NCBI RefSeq assembly: GCF_006345805.1 | Contig: NW_021832593.1 | Span: forward strand, 1 to 64,000 | DNA from: Octopus sinensis | Lineage: Eukaryota | Reading direction: 5' to 3' | Length of the DNA: 64,000 nucleotides | Shown: positions 34,877 to 48,354 of the stretch, one piece after another | Position numbering within the stretch: position 1 is the first letter of the stretch | Layout of the letters: each line of letters starts with the position of its first letter | The notes under the pieces: model-generated | Seen by the model: only the letters and a program-made list of their open reading frames with translations | Databases searched by the model: none | Told to the model about the DNA's origin: nothing | Made by a program: the position numbers and the translations under genes

Positions 34877-35198
34877 ATCGCCCCACCACCGTACATATCT
34901 CTATGAGATATTTAGAAATTTAATATTTCTAACATTTATGTACATTTATTCATATAGTCTTTTACTGGTTTTTGGATGGCAGTCATTCTGGAACATTACC
35001 TTCAAGGGTTTTGCCGAGCTTGTGTGTGATTGTGTTTGTGCGCGCTTAATATAACAGTATTTCGTCAGATGCCACGTCCACATATATTGCTTCTGGAAAT
35101 TTACCATACAGGCATGTCGTCTCAGCAGTGATTCCCAATAATATCAGACACGTTACAGCTTTCTTGGGACTTGGCAATAACATGCACCGGGCGTTATA

Positions 35199-35431
35199 TA
35201 CCTATTTCTTTACTACCCATAAGGGGCTAAACACAGAGAGGACAAACAAGGACAGACACACGGATTAAGTCGATTACATCGACCCCCAGTGCGTAACTGG
35301 TACTTAATTTATCGACCCCGAAAGGATGAAAGGCAAAGCCGACCTCGGTGGAATTTGAACTCAGAACGTAACGGCAGACGAAATACCGCTAAGCATTTCG
35401 TCCAGCGTGCTAACGGTTCTGCCAGCTCGCC
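35199..35431 (-). mobile_element. SINE family B with target-site duplication
   Basis: CCGGGCGTTATATACCT at 35187-35203 and 35430-35446. Confidence 0.9.
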
Positions 35432-35669
35432 GGGCGTTATATACCTTAGACAAGATATTTCCCTTCTGATCTACAGCGAACGTGGCAGTATGACCACACT
35501 GGACAACACAACACCGGTCGGCAGATTGATGCCTGAGGATCGCATCAAGTGACTTCTAGCAGCGGAAGCCTGAGCTACAACGGGATTGTCGCACAGAAAA
35601 CGTTTCCGGTTACATTAAGGAAGTCCTGTCGCATTTCAAGATGGGAAGAAATATATGCTTGAGAGCTCA

Positions 35670-36175
35670 TAATTAGCATATTTAATCAAGATAATATTTC
35701 CTTTCATAATTGTTAACAAAATCCCATTTATTTGGCAAATTATTAATTCGTTTGATTCCTCCGGCATAAAATTCTTCAAGTCTTGAAGCAAAGAAACAGC
35801 AAATGCCATTTTTAAACTCTTTGCAATTAATAAATTGCTCTTCTTCTAAGTAATGATACAATGATCTGAAAAACTGGTAATCAGATGGATAAAAGTCAGT
35901 AAAGCAAGTAGGATGAGGCAAATTTCCCTTATTTAGTGTCCTACTTTTTTCCTGCGTAATTTCGGCAATATGTTGTCTTGCATTATTGTGCAAGAGCACC
36001 ACCCAGTAATGGGTGCCCTTTTCTGCAAATGTTTGTGCAATGCTTCCACATGATGACAATACTTCTCCACATAAACTATTTCGTTTTGGGTTAACACTTC
36101 AAGATAGACGATACTCTTTACACCAGAAGAACTGATGAAAAGCATAGCGAAGAGGATGGTAGTATACAGAACGTT
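35670..36175 (-). pseudogene. Mariner (DD34D) transposase remnant, C-terminal half
   Basis: HNNARQH...LPHP...PSDYQFFRSL...FFAS..EEFYAGGI, preceded by GVKSIVYLEVL...YC. Confidence 0.85.
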
Positions 36176-36179
36176 GTCT

Positions 36180-36745
36180 ACATCCTCGAACATGATAGAG
36201 TTAGTCCCAACAGAAGAAATAGAGGAATGCTTCGAAAATGTGAAAAATTGGCCACATTCTATACACGTGGAAAAAAGTATGGCTCAATGGAAGTAAGGTT
36301 TGGCAACGAAGAAGATGCCATAAACCACGCCACGGAGCCGTTACGGACAACGAAATGGATACTACTTCCGACGCACTGTGGCAAACGCGCAGCCACATTG
36401 AGAGTTGGAAGAGTAGCCCCCGAAATCGAAGAAGATTGGCCGGTAGGGAGCCGAAGCAAGCAGAAGTGAAAAGAAAGAGATAAAAGTGGCATTTGGTCAC
36501 GTATTCCAAAAGTAAAGAAATAGAGAAAACGATTGAAAAATTTAAATCGGTAATAAGAGTAAAGCTGCCGCCAGAAAAATACCCGGAATACCCTAAAGGA
36601 ATAGTCATAGATAAAGAGAGATTTTTGAAATTAGGAAAGATGTATGGACTTTTCACAGACCCTCTGGGGGTTGAAGTCGAGTTTGACGAGCTCCCAACGG
36701 TCGTGGAATTAGAAGGTTTGGAACCCTTTATGAACATTTAAAAAT
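36180..36745 (+). pseudogene. Tx1-like LINE ORF1 fragment
   Basis: YGSMEVRFGNEEDAINHATEPLRTTKWILLPTHCGKRAATLRVGRVAPE aligns with ORF1 at 21704-22051; ELPTVVELEG matches KIPTHVHLEDG. Confidence 0.6.
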
Positions 36746-37289
36746 AAGTAAAATTTGTCCTCCATATAAAAAAAAATAGGAAAATTGACTGTTAAAATGT
36801 ATAAAGAAAAAAGAAAAAAAAACGATACAAAAATACCCCAAAAGACTAAGCAAAAAAAAACAAGCTAAAAAAGGAAAAATGCAAAGCCTGTAAGAACGTT
36901 TAATTTTAAAAAAAGAAGTCGCGGTTTCGTCTCGGTGCGGGACGGAGAAAACCGTCTCATATTCATTATAATTTAATTCGTTGTAATTCATTCTCTCATA
37001 TGTTTTTTTCCCGCATGTTTGTGTATGTCCCCTCTGTATTCAGGCCTTGTGTCTATAATAAAGAGAAACCGGTGATTGTCACACGCTGATAACGGGTCAA
37101 TACCCAGAAACTCAAGTCCGTGTGCATCATAGGTTTAAGACGGGAAGGATGACTTCTTTTTGGAAATACTGATAGGGTACAGAAAGTATGCCAATAGCCA
37201 GCTGGAGGAGGTGTCCTCCTGGGACTACGAGCTACAGTAGCATCCACTCTCAAGGGTTAGCCACATTTAAGTGGCAAAATACTTCACGG

Positions 37290-37345
<56 letters not shown>

Positions 37346-38362
37346 TATATATATGTATGTATATGTATGTATATATATATATTATGTATGTGCATATAAG
37401 AGAGAGGTAGAAATACAATTATGTTTGTGGCCTTCACTTCCTCCCACACATCAGCTACTGTTGCTACAAAATGGTGTTAAACGGAGTGAGTCTATGTTTG
37501 ATGTCCCTAACAACGAGTTCTCCCCTAATTTAGTCCAGCGTTATTATGGAACATGGTAATTTAATACAATTTAAGCAGTTAATATGCGGCTCTAAAATGT
37601 ATTGACGCAAACACCCCAATCCAGTTTATTGTAAAGTCTCTGGGGAATTCTCTCTCTGATGTCGACACATAACGTGACATATTTACAATACGGAAATTGA
37701 ATCTTTTATTAAATCAATTGACCCCTTCTCTTTCCAATAATCTATATTTGATACTAGATCGATGCGAAACCTAATTATAGACTATTTGATATAATGAGCA
37801 CAATGTTTAGAATATGCGGCTTTCAAAGTATTTCTTGAGAAATTGGTTTTCCTGTGGGGAGGCTTCATTCAATGATGGTTGTTGTTACAAATATTTATGT
37901 TGAGAAATCGATCAGTTTCGTTTCCCTTCTCTTTGAGTTGTTTTCCATTAAATAATAAGTTTTCACAGATAATAGGGGAAAAATCCAACGAAAATGGATT
38001 CGCATAAAAACAAATACAAGACATGTTCAAAACAATTTCAAGACATGTTGAAAACACACTTTCGGGAGAAAATCTTTGATTTAAAATCTCTCATTTTTTA
38101 ATCGTATCAGTAGTTGGTTGTGAATTGCCTGAGATTTCGAAGTTAGTGAAAGAGGTTCTAATCCAGCTGTTGACAAACACACATGTATCAGTTCATGGAC
38201 GTGAAATAGAGAAGTTCCTCACATAACAGTTCAATATGTCAGTATCTATGTTTGTCTGCGTGTGTGTGTTTATGTTATTGCGTGTGTGCGTGTGTCTGCG
38301 TGTGCGTGTGTGTACGTCTATGTATGTATGCATATATGTATGTATCTCTCTCTATCTCTCTT

Positions 38363-38690
38363 TATCAGTGGTTAGAGCGTCGAGCTTACGATCGTGAGGT
38401 TGTGAGCTCGAATTCCGGACCGGGCTGCGTGTTGTGTTCTTGAGCAAGGCACTTTATTTCACGTTGCTCCAGTTCACTCAGCTGTAGAAACGAGTTGCGA
38501 CGTCACTGGTGCCAAGCTGTATCGACCTTTGTCTTTCCCTTGGATAACACTGGTGGCGGGGGAGGGATAACACTGGTATGCATGGGCGACTGCTGGTCTT
38601 CCATAAACAACCTCGCCCGGACTTGTGTCTAGGAGGGTAACTTTCTAGGTGCAATCCCATGGTCTGTGTTGTGACCGAAGGGGGTCTCCG
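38363..38690 (+). mobile_element. SINE family C, full copy
   Basis: CAGTGGTTAGAGCG A box, GAGCTCGAATTCC B box, CORE-like GTGTTCTTGAGCAAGGCACTT. Confidence 0.8.
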
Positions 38691-38711
38691 AATATATATA
38701 TATATATATAT

Positions 38712-38893
38712 ACTCTTTTACTTTTTCCGTCATTTGACTGTGGCCATGCTGGAGCACTGCCTTTAGTCGAGCAAATCGATACTAGGACTTATTCTTTGTA
38801 AGCCTAGTACTTATTCTATCGGTCTCTTTTGACAACCGCTAAGTTACGGGGACGTAAACACACCACCATCGGTTTTCAAGCGATGTTGGGCAG

Positions 38894-38971
<78 letters not shown>

Positions 38972-39129
38972 GACGGCTTCTTTCAGTTTCCGTCTACCGA
39001 ATCACAAGGCATTGGTCGGCCCGAGGTTATAGTAGAAGACACTTGCCCAAGGTACCACGCAGTAGGACTGAGCCCGGAACTATGTGGTTGATAAGTAAGC
39101 TACTCCTACCACAAGCCACTCCTACGCCT
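38712..39129 (-). mobile_element. SINE family A, full copy
   Basis: As 31683-32105. Confidence 0.9.
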
Positions 39130-39134
39130 ATTAA

Positions 39135-39310
39135 TAATCTTTTCTACTCTAAGCACAAGGCCCGAAACTTTGGAGGAGGGGGCCAGTCGATTAGATCGAT
39201 CCCCAGTACGCAGCTGGAACTCAATTTATCGATCACGAAAGAATGAAAGGCAGACTCGACCTCGGCGGAATTTGCACTCAGAACGTAGCGACGGATGACA
39301 TACAAATAAG
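39135..39310 (-). mobile_element. SINE family B, degenerate
   Basis: GAATGAAAGGCAGACTCGACCTCGGCGGAATTTGCACTCAGAACG. Confidence 0.7.
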
Positions 39311-39329
39311 CATTTCATCTACCGTACAT

Positions 39330-39392
<63 letters not shown>

Positions 39393-39409
39393 ATGTGTGT
39401 GTGTGTGTA

Positions 39410-39476
<67 letters not shown>

Positions 39477-40060
39477 CGAAATATTAGCGCCAAGCAGTGT
39501 TTCGGCATAAGCAACGTTTTGGTTAGTTAAAATATATTTGTGACATATTTCATCTGCTCAAATGCGAATTCACTGCAGTTACTCTTTTGGTCACACAGAA
39601 CACACCGGGTCGTTTCATACGTTTTTACCATAAGAGAAATATATTCTCTGCGGTAACTGTAATAAGTTTGCCTTTTAGAAGCTGAAATATGTCAGAAACA
39701 TATTTTAACTAACCTAAATTTTATATATACGCGGTCTGAACAATAAGTATCCGGACTGTTGCCAAAGTAACGAAGCTAAAGCACGCAGCGTGAAGTCGCT
39801 TGGCAATGGTTGATCTTGAACTCTGCTGTGCATGCTCTTTATAAGTTTTAACGTTCTAGACAAATGCGTTAAAAGATTTCTTTATCTAATGCCAGAAATT
39901 TTTTCGTTTGCCTTTATTTATAAGTTGTTTATAATTTAACCTTTAAAATATTTTTTAATATGCTGGCCATTGATAAAATTTTTTTTTCGCAAAAATTTTA
40001 TCCTACATTAGATATATATTTATATATATATATCATATATATGTTTGTGTGTGTGTGTGT

Positions 40061-40095
<35 letters not shown>

Positions 40096-40537
40096 CGGAT
40101 GTGTGTATGTGTGCGTGTTTCTATACATATATATCTTAGGTTCTGATAAGGTATAAAGACCGGGTATTTCCAGAGAAGCACTGAATCCAAGTTCTGAGCT
40201 ATCAACAATGTCGGATTCGAGTCCAATACCGAAATTTGAAGTGTAGAAATCCTGGTTTCACGATGGTAATACCGTCGTGTGCGTGTGGTGGGGAGTAAAT
40301 TATAATCCAAAAAATACGAAGACAAAGAAATTCTTTAATGTTTCGTTACAATTGTTCCTGTAGCAACGCCAGTCCATGCAAAATTCGAAGTGAAAATTTA
40401 AAATCGCAAACATTAAGTAAATTTTCACTTGGAATTTTTACGTAAACTGTCGTTGCAAGAAAGATTGCTATAGAAACAATTGTAATGAAACATTAAAGAT
40501 GCGTTAAAAGATTTCTTTGTTTGTTATTTGAATTACA

Positions 40538-40590
<53 letters not shown>

Positions 40591-40591
40591 A

Positions 40592-40656
<65 letters not shown>

Positions 40657-40779
40657 TATATATATATACACACATATATATATATTCACACATACATATA
40701 TAAGTGTGTATATATATATCGTTCATATCATACACACACATCTAGACTTGAACAATAAATGTATACTGCAAACACATAT

Positions 40780-40827
<48 letters not shown>

Positions 40828-40829
40828 AC

Positions 40830-40877
<48 letters not shown>

Positions 40878-40955
40878 ATTTATATACGCACACATATATA
40901 CATACATATGTGTATGTGTATATATATATATAATATATACATATACATACATACG

Positions 40956-40993
<38 letters not shown>

Positions 40994-41704
40994 TTACAGA
41001 CGCACGCAAGCACACACGCGCACACATACACACATACACGCATGTATATACGCTTCGTTTTCTGTTTTGCAAATTAATATTTATAAGTCTAAAAAATTAA
41101 ACGTCCTCCTATTATTTACGATCAACCAACGCCATTATTATTGTTCTCCCCTCAAAAATAGATGTCTATTATGATTTTTCAATGTAATATACGACAATCA
41201 TTATTCATGTAATATATCATCGTTGTTGTCTTTATTGTTGTCAATATGGCCGGGGTAAATGTTATTGTATTAGGAACAATGGTACAGTTAGCTTTCTTGT
41301 TGTTGTTATTGTTGTTACAGCGAATTTAATTAATTTCCTTTTGTTTAACTCCTCCAGTGTTTCACAGCGAGTCGCTCTGTTCATTATGAACTCGTTTCAT
41401 TTCCCTTAGTAATGTCTCTTTGTCGTTGGACTTGTTAAACTAAATAACACACAACTTATTACAAATAGCAATATTCTTTCTATCAATCTTTCTCCCTCCC
41501 TCCTCTTCCTCCTCCTCCTCCTCCTCCTCTTCTTCTTCTTCTTCTCTCTCCCCTTCTTTCTGTCTTCATACGTTCACACAAACACGCAACCATACATATG
41601 CATGCATAACACATACATAAACACTCACACACCATATGTATTTATGTGTGTACGTATGTATATATATACTATATATACATATTCATATATATATATATAG
41701 ATAT

Positions 41705-41744
<40 letters not shown>

Positions 41745-41990
41745 TGGTTAGTGGTTGCAGTTATATACTTCATACACACATAGATAAAAAGCAAAAAAAG
41801 ACGGAGAGCTTATTTCCTTTGTCGTTCAAATACATCCCATTGGTCACTCTGATTTATCTCCCTTAGCTTATTTTACGTCGAGGTCAGTTTTGCTTTGCTC
41901 CTCATATTCCAGGGTCGATAGGATAAACTCATAGTAATGGGGTCGAAAGTAATGGCTTTGTACCAAAATCTATAACCAAATGAGTGTGTA

Positions 41991-42045
<55 letters not shown>

Positions 42046-42085
42046 ATATCTGTATGTTTGTGTCTGTCAAACAGCACAAATAGAT

Positions 42086-42305
42086 AAGGTGGCGAGCTGG
42101 CAGAAATGTTAGGACGCTGGGCGAAACGCGGTATATCGTCTGTCTTTACATTCTGACTTCAAATTCCGCCTAGGTCTACTTTGCCTTTCATCCTTTCGGG
42201 GTCGATAAATGAAGTACCAGTGAAACACTGAGGTCGATCGAATTGTCTTCCCCCTCCCCACCTCAAAAATATTCCTGGCCTTGTGCCTAGAGTAGAAAAG
42301 AAAAG
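42086..42305 (+). mobile_element. SINE family B (short-tail variant)
   Basis: GGTGGCGAGCTGGCAGAA head, central domain, tail CCTGGCCTTGTGCCTAG. Confidence 0.85.
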
Positions 42306-43075
42306 ATAGGCTGATAGACGATGTGAGAGGTTACGAGAAGCAGCCAAACTTTCGAAAAATGATGCACAAAATGTAACGACACAAAATATTATTCATTTAC
42401 TTTACCTGGTGCCAGAATTTGCTGAGAGATCAAATTTTTCGTCGGGTATATTTGCACAACATTAACTACCGGAATGTCAGCTTGATATGATCCAAACTTT
42501 ACTTGGATAATTTCAATAAAACTTCTATTTAAAGTGCTATCTGCCAAACACAACAGTGCTAATTAGATGTTAAAACAGATAATAATTAAATTGATTAAAA
42601 GAGTTGAAAACTACGTTTTTTCCTCTGACGTTTTCAATTCGTGAAAGGCAAACAAAGGAGTTTTTATCGATTTTGAAGAACAAAACAAAACAGCGTTGTT
42701 TACATTGATCACACGCTTAAATACGAGAAAATAATTTGATAAAAAAATGCTCCACAGGTTTCCAAAAGACTTATGAAATTTTAATTAAAAGTTAATGAAA
42801 AATAATTAGAATTGTGTTAAAAATATTGATCAAATAGAATCAGCTCCGCATAATTGATTGTAAAATGGTGCGTTGTTCGATATTGATATCATGCAAAGTG
42901 GTTTGTGTCAATTGTAATGATTAAATACAACTGGAAAGTCTGTTATATAAATTGTTATTTAATAATCATTCTTCGGAATATTCTGTGATTTTTCTCTCGA
43001 TATATACATACAATCCATATGTATATAATATCTGTATGAACATGTAAATATGTATATATATATATATATATTATA

Positions 43076-43121
<46 letters not shown>

Positions 43122-43465
43122 TGTGTGTGTTCTTTTGTGTCTGGGGAGAGTGATTCTGTTTTAGTGCCTTATAACTTAACACACTCACCCAGACACAACA
43201 ATATGCTTCAATACGCGAACTCACATAAAGAATCTTGCAAGCCAAATACCAAAACGAAATATATATGTTATCTTTCTAGAGCACCATATGTCTTAGATAT
43301 TAACGCTGAGCCTTCCCAGAAGAGACCACAGTCGTAACATCTAGCCATGTAGTAAGTAGACAGTAAGCACGAATGTGTGTATGTATGCTCACTGCACATA
43401 AACTTCATTCTAATTACGGATAATTACAATAAACAGCTCGAAACCTCACTTTCGTTTTTCTACTG

Positions 43466-43499
<34 letters not shown>

Positions 43500-43558
43500 T
43501 ACACGTACACACACACACACGCACACACACGCGCGCACACATACACCATGTATATATA

Positions 43559-43610
<52 letters not shown>

Positions 43611-43619
43611 TTATATTTA

Positions 43620-44022
43620 CTCATTTACTCATTTACTTGTTTCAGTCATTTTGACTGTGGCCATGCTGGAGCACCGCCTTTAGTCGAAGAAATCTACCCC
43701 TGGACTTATTCTTTGTAAGCCTAGTACTTATTCTATCAGTCTCTTTTGCCGAACCGCTAAGATACGGGGACGTACACACACCAGCATCGGTTGTCAATCG
43801 ATGGGGGGGGGATCAAACACAACACATAAACATACACATATATATATATACATATATACGACGGGCTTCTTTCAGTTTCCGTCTACCAAATTCACTCACA
43901 AGGCTTTGGTCGGCCCGAGGCTATAGTAGAAGACACTTGCCCAAGGTGCCACGCAGTGAGACTGAACCCGGAACCATGTGGTTCGTAAGCAAGCTACTTA
44001 CCACACAGCCACTCCAACGTCT
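43620..44022 (-). mobile_element. SINE family A, full copy
   Basis: As the other A copies. Confidence 0.9.
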
Positions 44023-44414
44023 ATATATATATATATATATATATTATGAGAGGTTTTGGTATCCAAAAGACCCAAGATGGCAGGTAAATCTATGTAAGTG
44101 CTATGGAAGAACTGCTGTTAGACTCCTGGTTCGATAATAGTATGAGTGAGGAGTCTAATGCGGGCCGTGTGTGCGCGTGTATTTGTTAAATAAATTGAGT
44201 AAACAAAGCCAAGGCAGTGTGTATGTGTATGTGCGCGGGGTTGTGTGTATGTGGAGGGATACATTTGTAATAACAAAATATGAACTCCTATCGGAATTTA
44301 CACATAATGGACAGGAAGCTTCTTTACCCATTCAGCACAGACATTCGATCATTATAAACAAATCGTTTATGCATCACTGTTTGCCAAAAGCTGAACACAC
44401 ACACACACACACAC

Positions 44415-44478
<64 letters not shown>

Positions 44479-44659
44479 TATATATATATGTGATGTGCGT
44501 ATATTTGCATGTTTATGTACACGTGCGTGCATATACATACAAGCGCTTTCATACATATCTGTATATCTATAATACCATCACACGTATGCATGTATATATA
44601 GATATGTGTGTGTGTAGATTTAAATATGTATGTTTAAATATATGTGTGTATGTATGTAG

Positions 44660-44760
44660 GAGGTTTCACCAAAATGATGTTCATGACCTAAAGTGGAGCA
44701 ACAACATATTGGACCTGTGTTTCAGCAATAAGAAAATAGGCCAAGAAAATAACCTCACTC
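44660..44760 (+). pseudogene. Possible LINE AP-endonuclease fragment
   Basis: NNILDLCFSN resembles the xxILDLxFxN motif of CR1/L2 endonucleases; very short. Confidence 0.3.
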
Positions 44761-44811
44761 TAATAGATGAACGACTAGGTGAGGTTACTACAGCTACTAC
44801 AGCTACTACAG

Positions 44812-44888
<77 letters not shown>

Positions 44889-45071
44889 ACTACTACTACG
44901 TGTATAAACAGGGGATACAGATAATACAGGCACTTATCCCCCCACACACGCACTTACTAAACATAGAGGTATACGCATGCGGAAATAAAGACACGTACAA
45001 TAGGAATACAAAATACAAAATGGCTGCTCGTTAGTAAAGAAAGACACACAAATAAGAAGGAAGAAAGCAAA

Positions 45072-45116
45072 GGACTACTGATGAGGTAACAGATGTGTGA
45101 CGAAAGAACTCTGGCC
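45072..45116 (+). ncRNA. Type I hammerhead motif (family c)
   Basis: GGACTA-CTGATGA-G-GTAAC-AGATGT-GTGAC-GAAA-GAAC-TC-TGGCC; one stem II mismatch. Confidence 0.6.
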
Positions 45117-45158
45117 GAAATACGATTAATGTAAAAAGTAAAATAAAGCCGAAGCAAA

Positions 45159-45535
45159 TCTCTCTCTATATAAACGACAGTTTGTCTGTGCGTGTTTCTG
45201 TGTGTCTGTTTGCTTGTACCCTCACCCTGACCACGGCTTCCAACCGATTCTGATGAAACTTGACACACACTTAGCCCAATGTCATAATTCAAAACTAACG
45301 CAGCGAAAATTTTGAAAAGTTCCCCCAGTTCTGAAAAAAATCGATAAATTCGACATGGGGTCAAGAATCAGAAACACAAACTGTATAGGGGACGCAACTC
45401 CACCTTTTTTTACTCTCAAAAAAAATTTACCATCATTTTTTTCCATTTTTTTGCTATTTTTTGGCTATAACTCTCTAGAAATGCTTTATAGTTATTTCCC
45501 TTACAAACCTGAGCAACGCCGGGCGATACTACTAG
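45159..45535 (+). mobile_element. Non-autonomous Helitron-like element (377 bp)
   Basis: Starts TC, ends CTAG, subterminal GC hairpin (45508-45523), inserted between A and T with no TSD. Confidence 0.8.
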
Positions 45536-46407
45536 TTAACACTAAATATATAGTGCGTGTGTTTTTATTGGCTAAACTGGCAACATGACCATCTCTAAAT
45601 ACAACAATATTTGTTTCAACACACGATTTCACATCAAGAATCTTGCAAAACGAATATATAAACGTATATATATATCGATTTCCACAAGGAAACATTTTTC
45701 TACTACACATATATATAAGCTCTTCGGTATCAATAATGTTAAAGTTAGCTACACTTGCATTGAAGAGAACGCCTTCCAGGTAGGCGCTTCTAATCAAAAA
45801 TATTATAGATCGAATCCTAATCTGAACCAGTCTGCAGTGGCAGCAATAAGATGTCTATTTACAGAAAATGTAATTTCCTTAGATTGTAACCAGGAAAACT
45901 AGAGGGGGAACCATACAAGAAAACTATAAAGTATATTCCAAAGAGATATACACAGAAGTCAAAGAAGTGGGATAAACGCTACTTCTCTATATGTGTATGC
46001 TTGGTAACTGAAGAAGAGTAGATTTGATGACATTCTTCTAAGCTTCTGTAGTTTTGAAGCTGCGAAACCATATTTCAGCTGATCAAACATTCCAATTAAA
46101 ACGTAGCCAATTATCCACGAAGGAATTTCCAATAAAAACAATTCCATAATCCAACTGCCAAATGCATTGACCATTGGTCTCAGGTGCTTGTAGCACCAGC
46201 ACAGCAGGAATTGTTCTGTCTATATCACTACTGTGTTTACTTAATGACCAGTACCACCACCCGTAACCAAATTGACTAACATTAGCATGTTCAGTCTACA
46301 GAGGTACACACCTGGTCATCAAGAGGCTACCAGACCTTCATTGCCGAGTAATCTGACCGTTACACTTCACCACAAACATTTCCAACCTTCTTTTCTTCAC
46401 TATTTTT

Positions 46408-46468
<61 letters not shown>

Positions 46469-46526
46469 ACTACTACTACTACTACTACTGCTACTGCCAC
46501 TACTACTACTACTACTACTGCTACTG

Positions 46527-46582
<56 letters not shown>

Positions 46583-46770
46583 GCTACTGCCACTACTACT
46601 ACTACCACTACTACCACTACTACCACTACTACTACTACTACTACTACTAGAACTGCTGCTGCTACTACTACTACTACTAATGCTGCTGCTGCTGCTACTA
46701 CTACTACTACTACTGCTGCTGCTACTACTACTACTACTACTTCTACTGCCACTACTACTACTACTACTAT

Positions 46771-46818
<48 letters not shown>

Positions 46819-46826
46819 AGCTGCTG

Positions 46827-46859
<33 letters not shown>

Positions 46860-46869
46860 ATACTACTAC
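46408..46869. repeat. Long interrupted (CTA)n/(CTG)n/(CCA)n trinucleotide tract
   Basis: About 150 triplets. Confidence 0.95.
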
Positions 46870-47034
46870 AAGTACGCGTGTACACTGAATACACTTTCTT
46901 TCATTTGTATGCACACACATAAGCATATGTATGTGCCTATAGGGTACAACTATAAGTGCGTCCGCTCCAGGAAATAATTCAGTATATGAATCTATCTATC
47001 TATCTATCTATCCTTCTCTCTCTTTCTCTCTGCC

Positions 47035-47084
<50 letters not shown>

Positions 47085-47117
47085 TCTCTCTCTCTCTATA
47101 TATATATAGATAGATAA

Positions 47118-47185
<68 letters not shown>

Positions 47186-47516
47186 TACGCCAACGGTTTC
47201 CTTCATGGCACATCCTAATTGTATGTTTCTGTAAGAATGTTTAAACTTATAAATAAATAAATGTTGATATTTTTGTTATCTATGATCCACCTCGTTTATG
47301 AATATATAGTACATGCTCTTACGTGTTGTTAACAGGATTGATATGCGCATACCAAAGAAATGCCCTTTCTAAATGTAACACAGAATTGAAAATGTAAAGC
47401 AAAATTCAGTTGAAATTATTTATATGGAGAAACGAAATCCATGCGGTATTTTCTTTTCATTTTTACGTGTGTGAGAAGAAAGTCATTTCCAATGATGGTA
47501 GCGGCGATTGTAACTG

Positions 47517-47966
47517 CTACACCAAGTAGGAGTAATAGTAGGAACTGTCGTATAATGAATACACTAAAATAAAGGCACAAGTTACGCAGAAGAGAAACAA
47601 AAATAGCAAAATATGACTTCGTCTATTGCTGTTAGCGAAATATGAACTGAGAGGAAAATGTGACATGTTTCCATTGAATAGCTGATGGCCATATGTATCT
47701 GGTGCTACTTGGGACCATCCTAAAGGGTTACTGACATTGATGAATAGATAGTTGTTACCACCTCCTTTCACAGACTTCCGTGAAAACTTATGTTCATGAG
47801 TTTCAAAATCCAACGGCGTCAGTTCATCTTTTTCAACAACTACAGCGGGTGAAAACTGTCTGCGGGTGACATTGTCGTCTAACTGTTTGAAAGGTCTAAT
47901 TTTTCGGGTAAATTCAAAATTTTCAAAGCTAACTGGATCCATGTTGCCAAAAATTTTTTTCTCCAT
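47517..47966 (-). CDS. Candidate host coding segment, 149 aa, with a hydrophobic C-terminal stretch
   Basis: Longest complex non-TE ORF; RRSHILLFLFLFCVTCAFILVYSLY could span a membrane; no family recognised. Confidence 0.3.
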   Translation of the reverse strand: MEKKIFGNMDPVSFENFEFTRKIRPFKQLDDNVTRRQFSPAVVVEKDELTPLDFETHEHKFSRKSVKGGGNNYLFINVSNPLGWSQVAPDTYGHQLFNGNMSHFPLSSYFANSNRRSHILLFLFLFCVTCAFILVYSLYDSSYYYSYLV

Positions 47967-48354
47967 TCCGATGAGGAGGCAGTCTCAGACTCTCAGCTAT
48001 AGTTTATATCTTGATATCTCGATGTCTCTAAATGTCGATATTCATATAACAGCAGAACCGTGTGGTAACTTTGATATTTTCTTCTTAAATATAATTCCTC
48101 TTCTTTCTCCCTTTTGTGACTCTAGCTCTCCCGCTCTCTCTTCTCAAACATTTGTTTTAATAGTATTTGATCTTTGTCTTTGGAGTAACTTGTGTCCCTT
48201 TTTATTCTCCACAGTATTTCCTTCGTTGAGTCAAAGTATTTGTGTTATGAAATTTTGCGCTCTTTTATGTGTGTGTGTGTGTGTATATATATATATTCGT
48301 GTGCGAATGTTTGTGCATATATGCTTGTGTGTGTATGTATGTGTGCGTGTGCGT

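Larger units (their letters stand above)
44960..45655 (+). mobile_element. Penelope-like terminal repeat P2, interrupted by a Helitron-like insertion
   Basis: 44960-45158 and 45536-45655 are colinear with the reverse complement of 13018-13340. Confidence 0.75.

Noticed and set aside
46272-46926. Poly-Leu, poly-Ser and poly-Val ORFs
   Set aside because: Direct translation of a (CTA/CTG)n tract.
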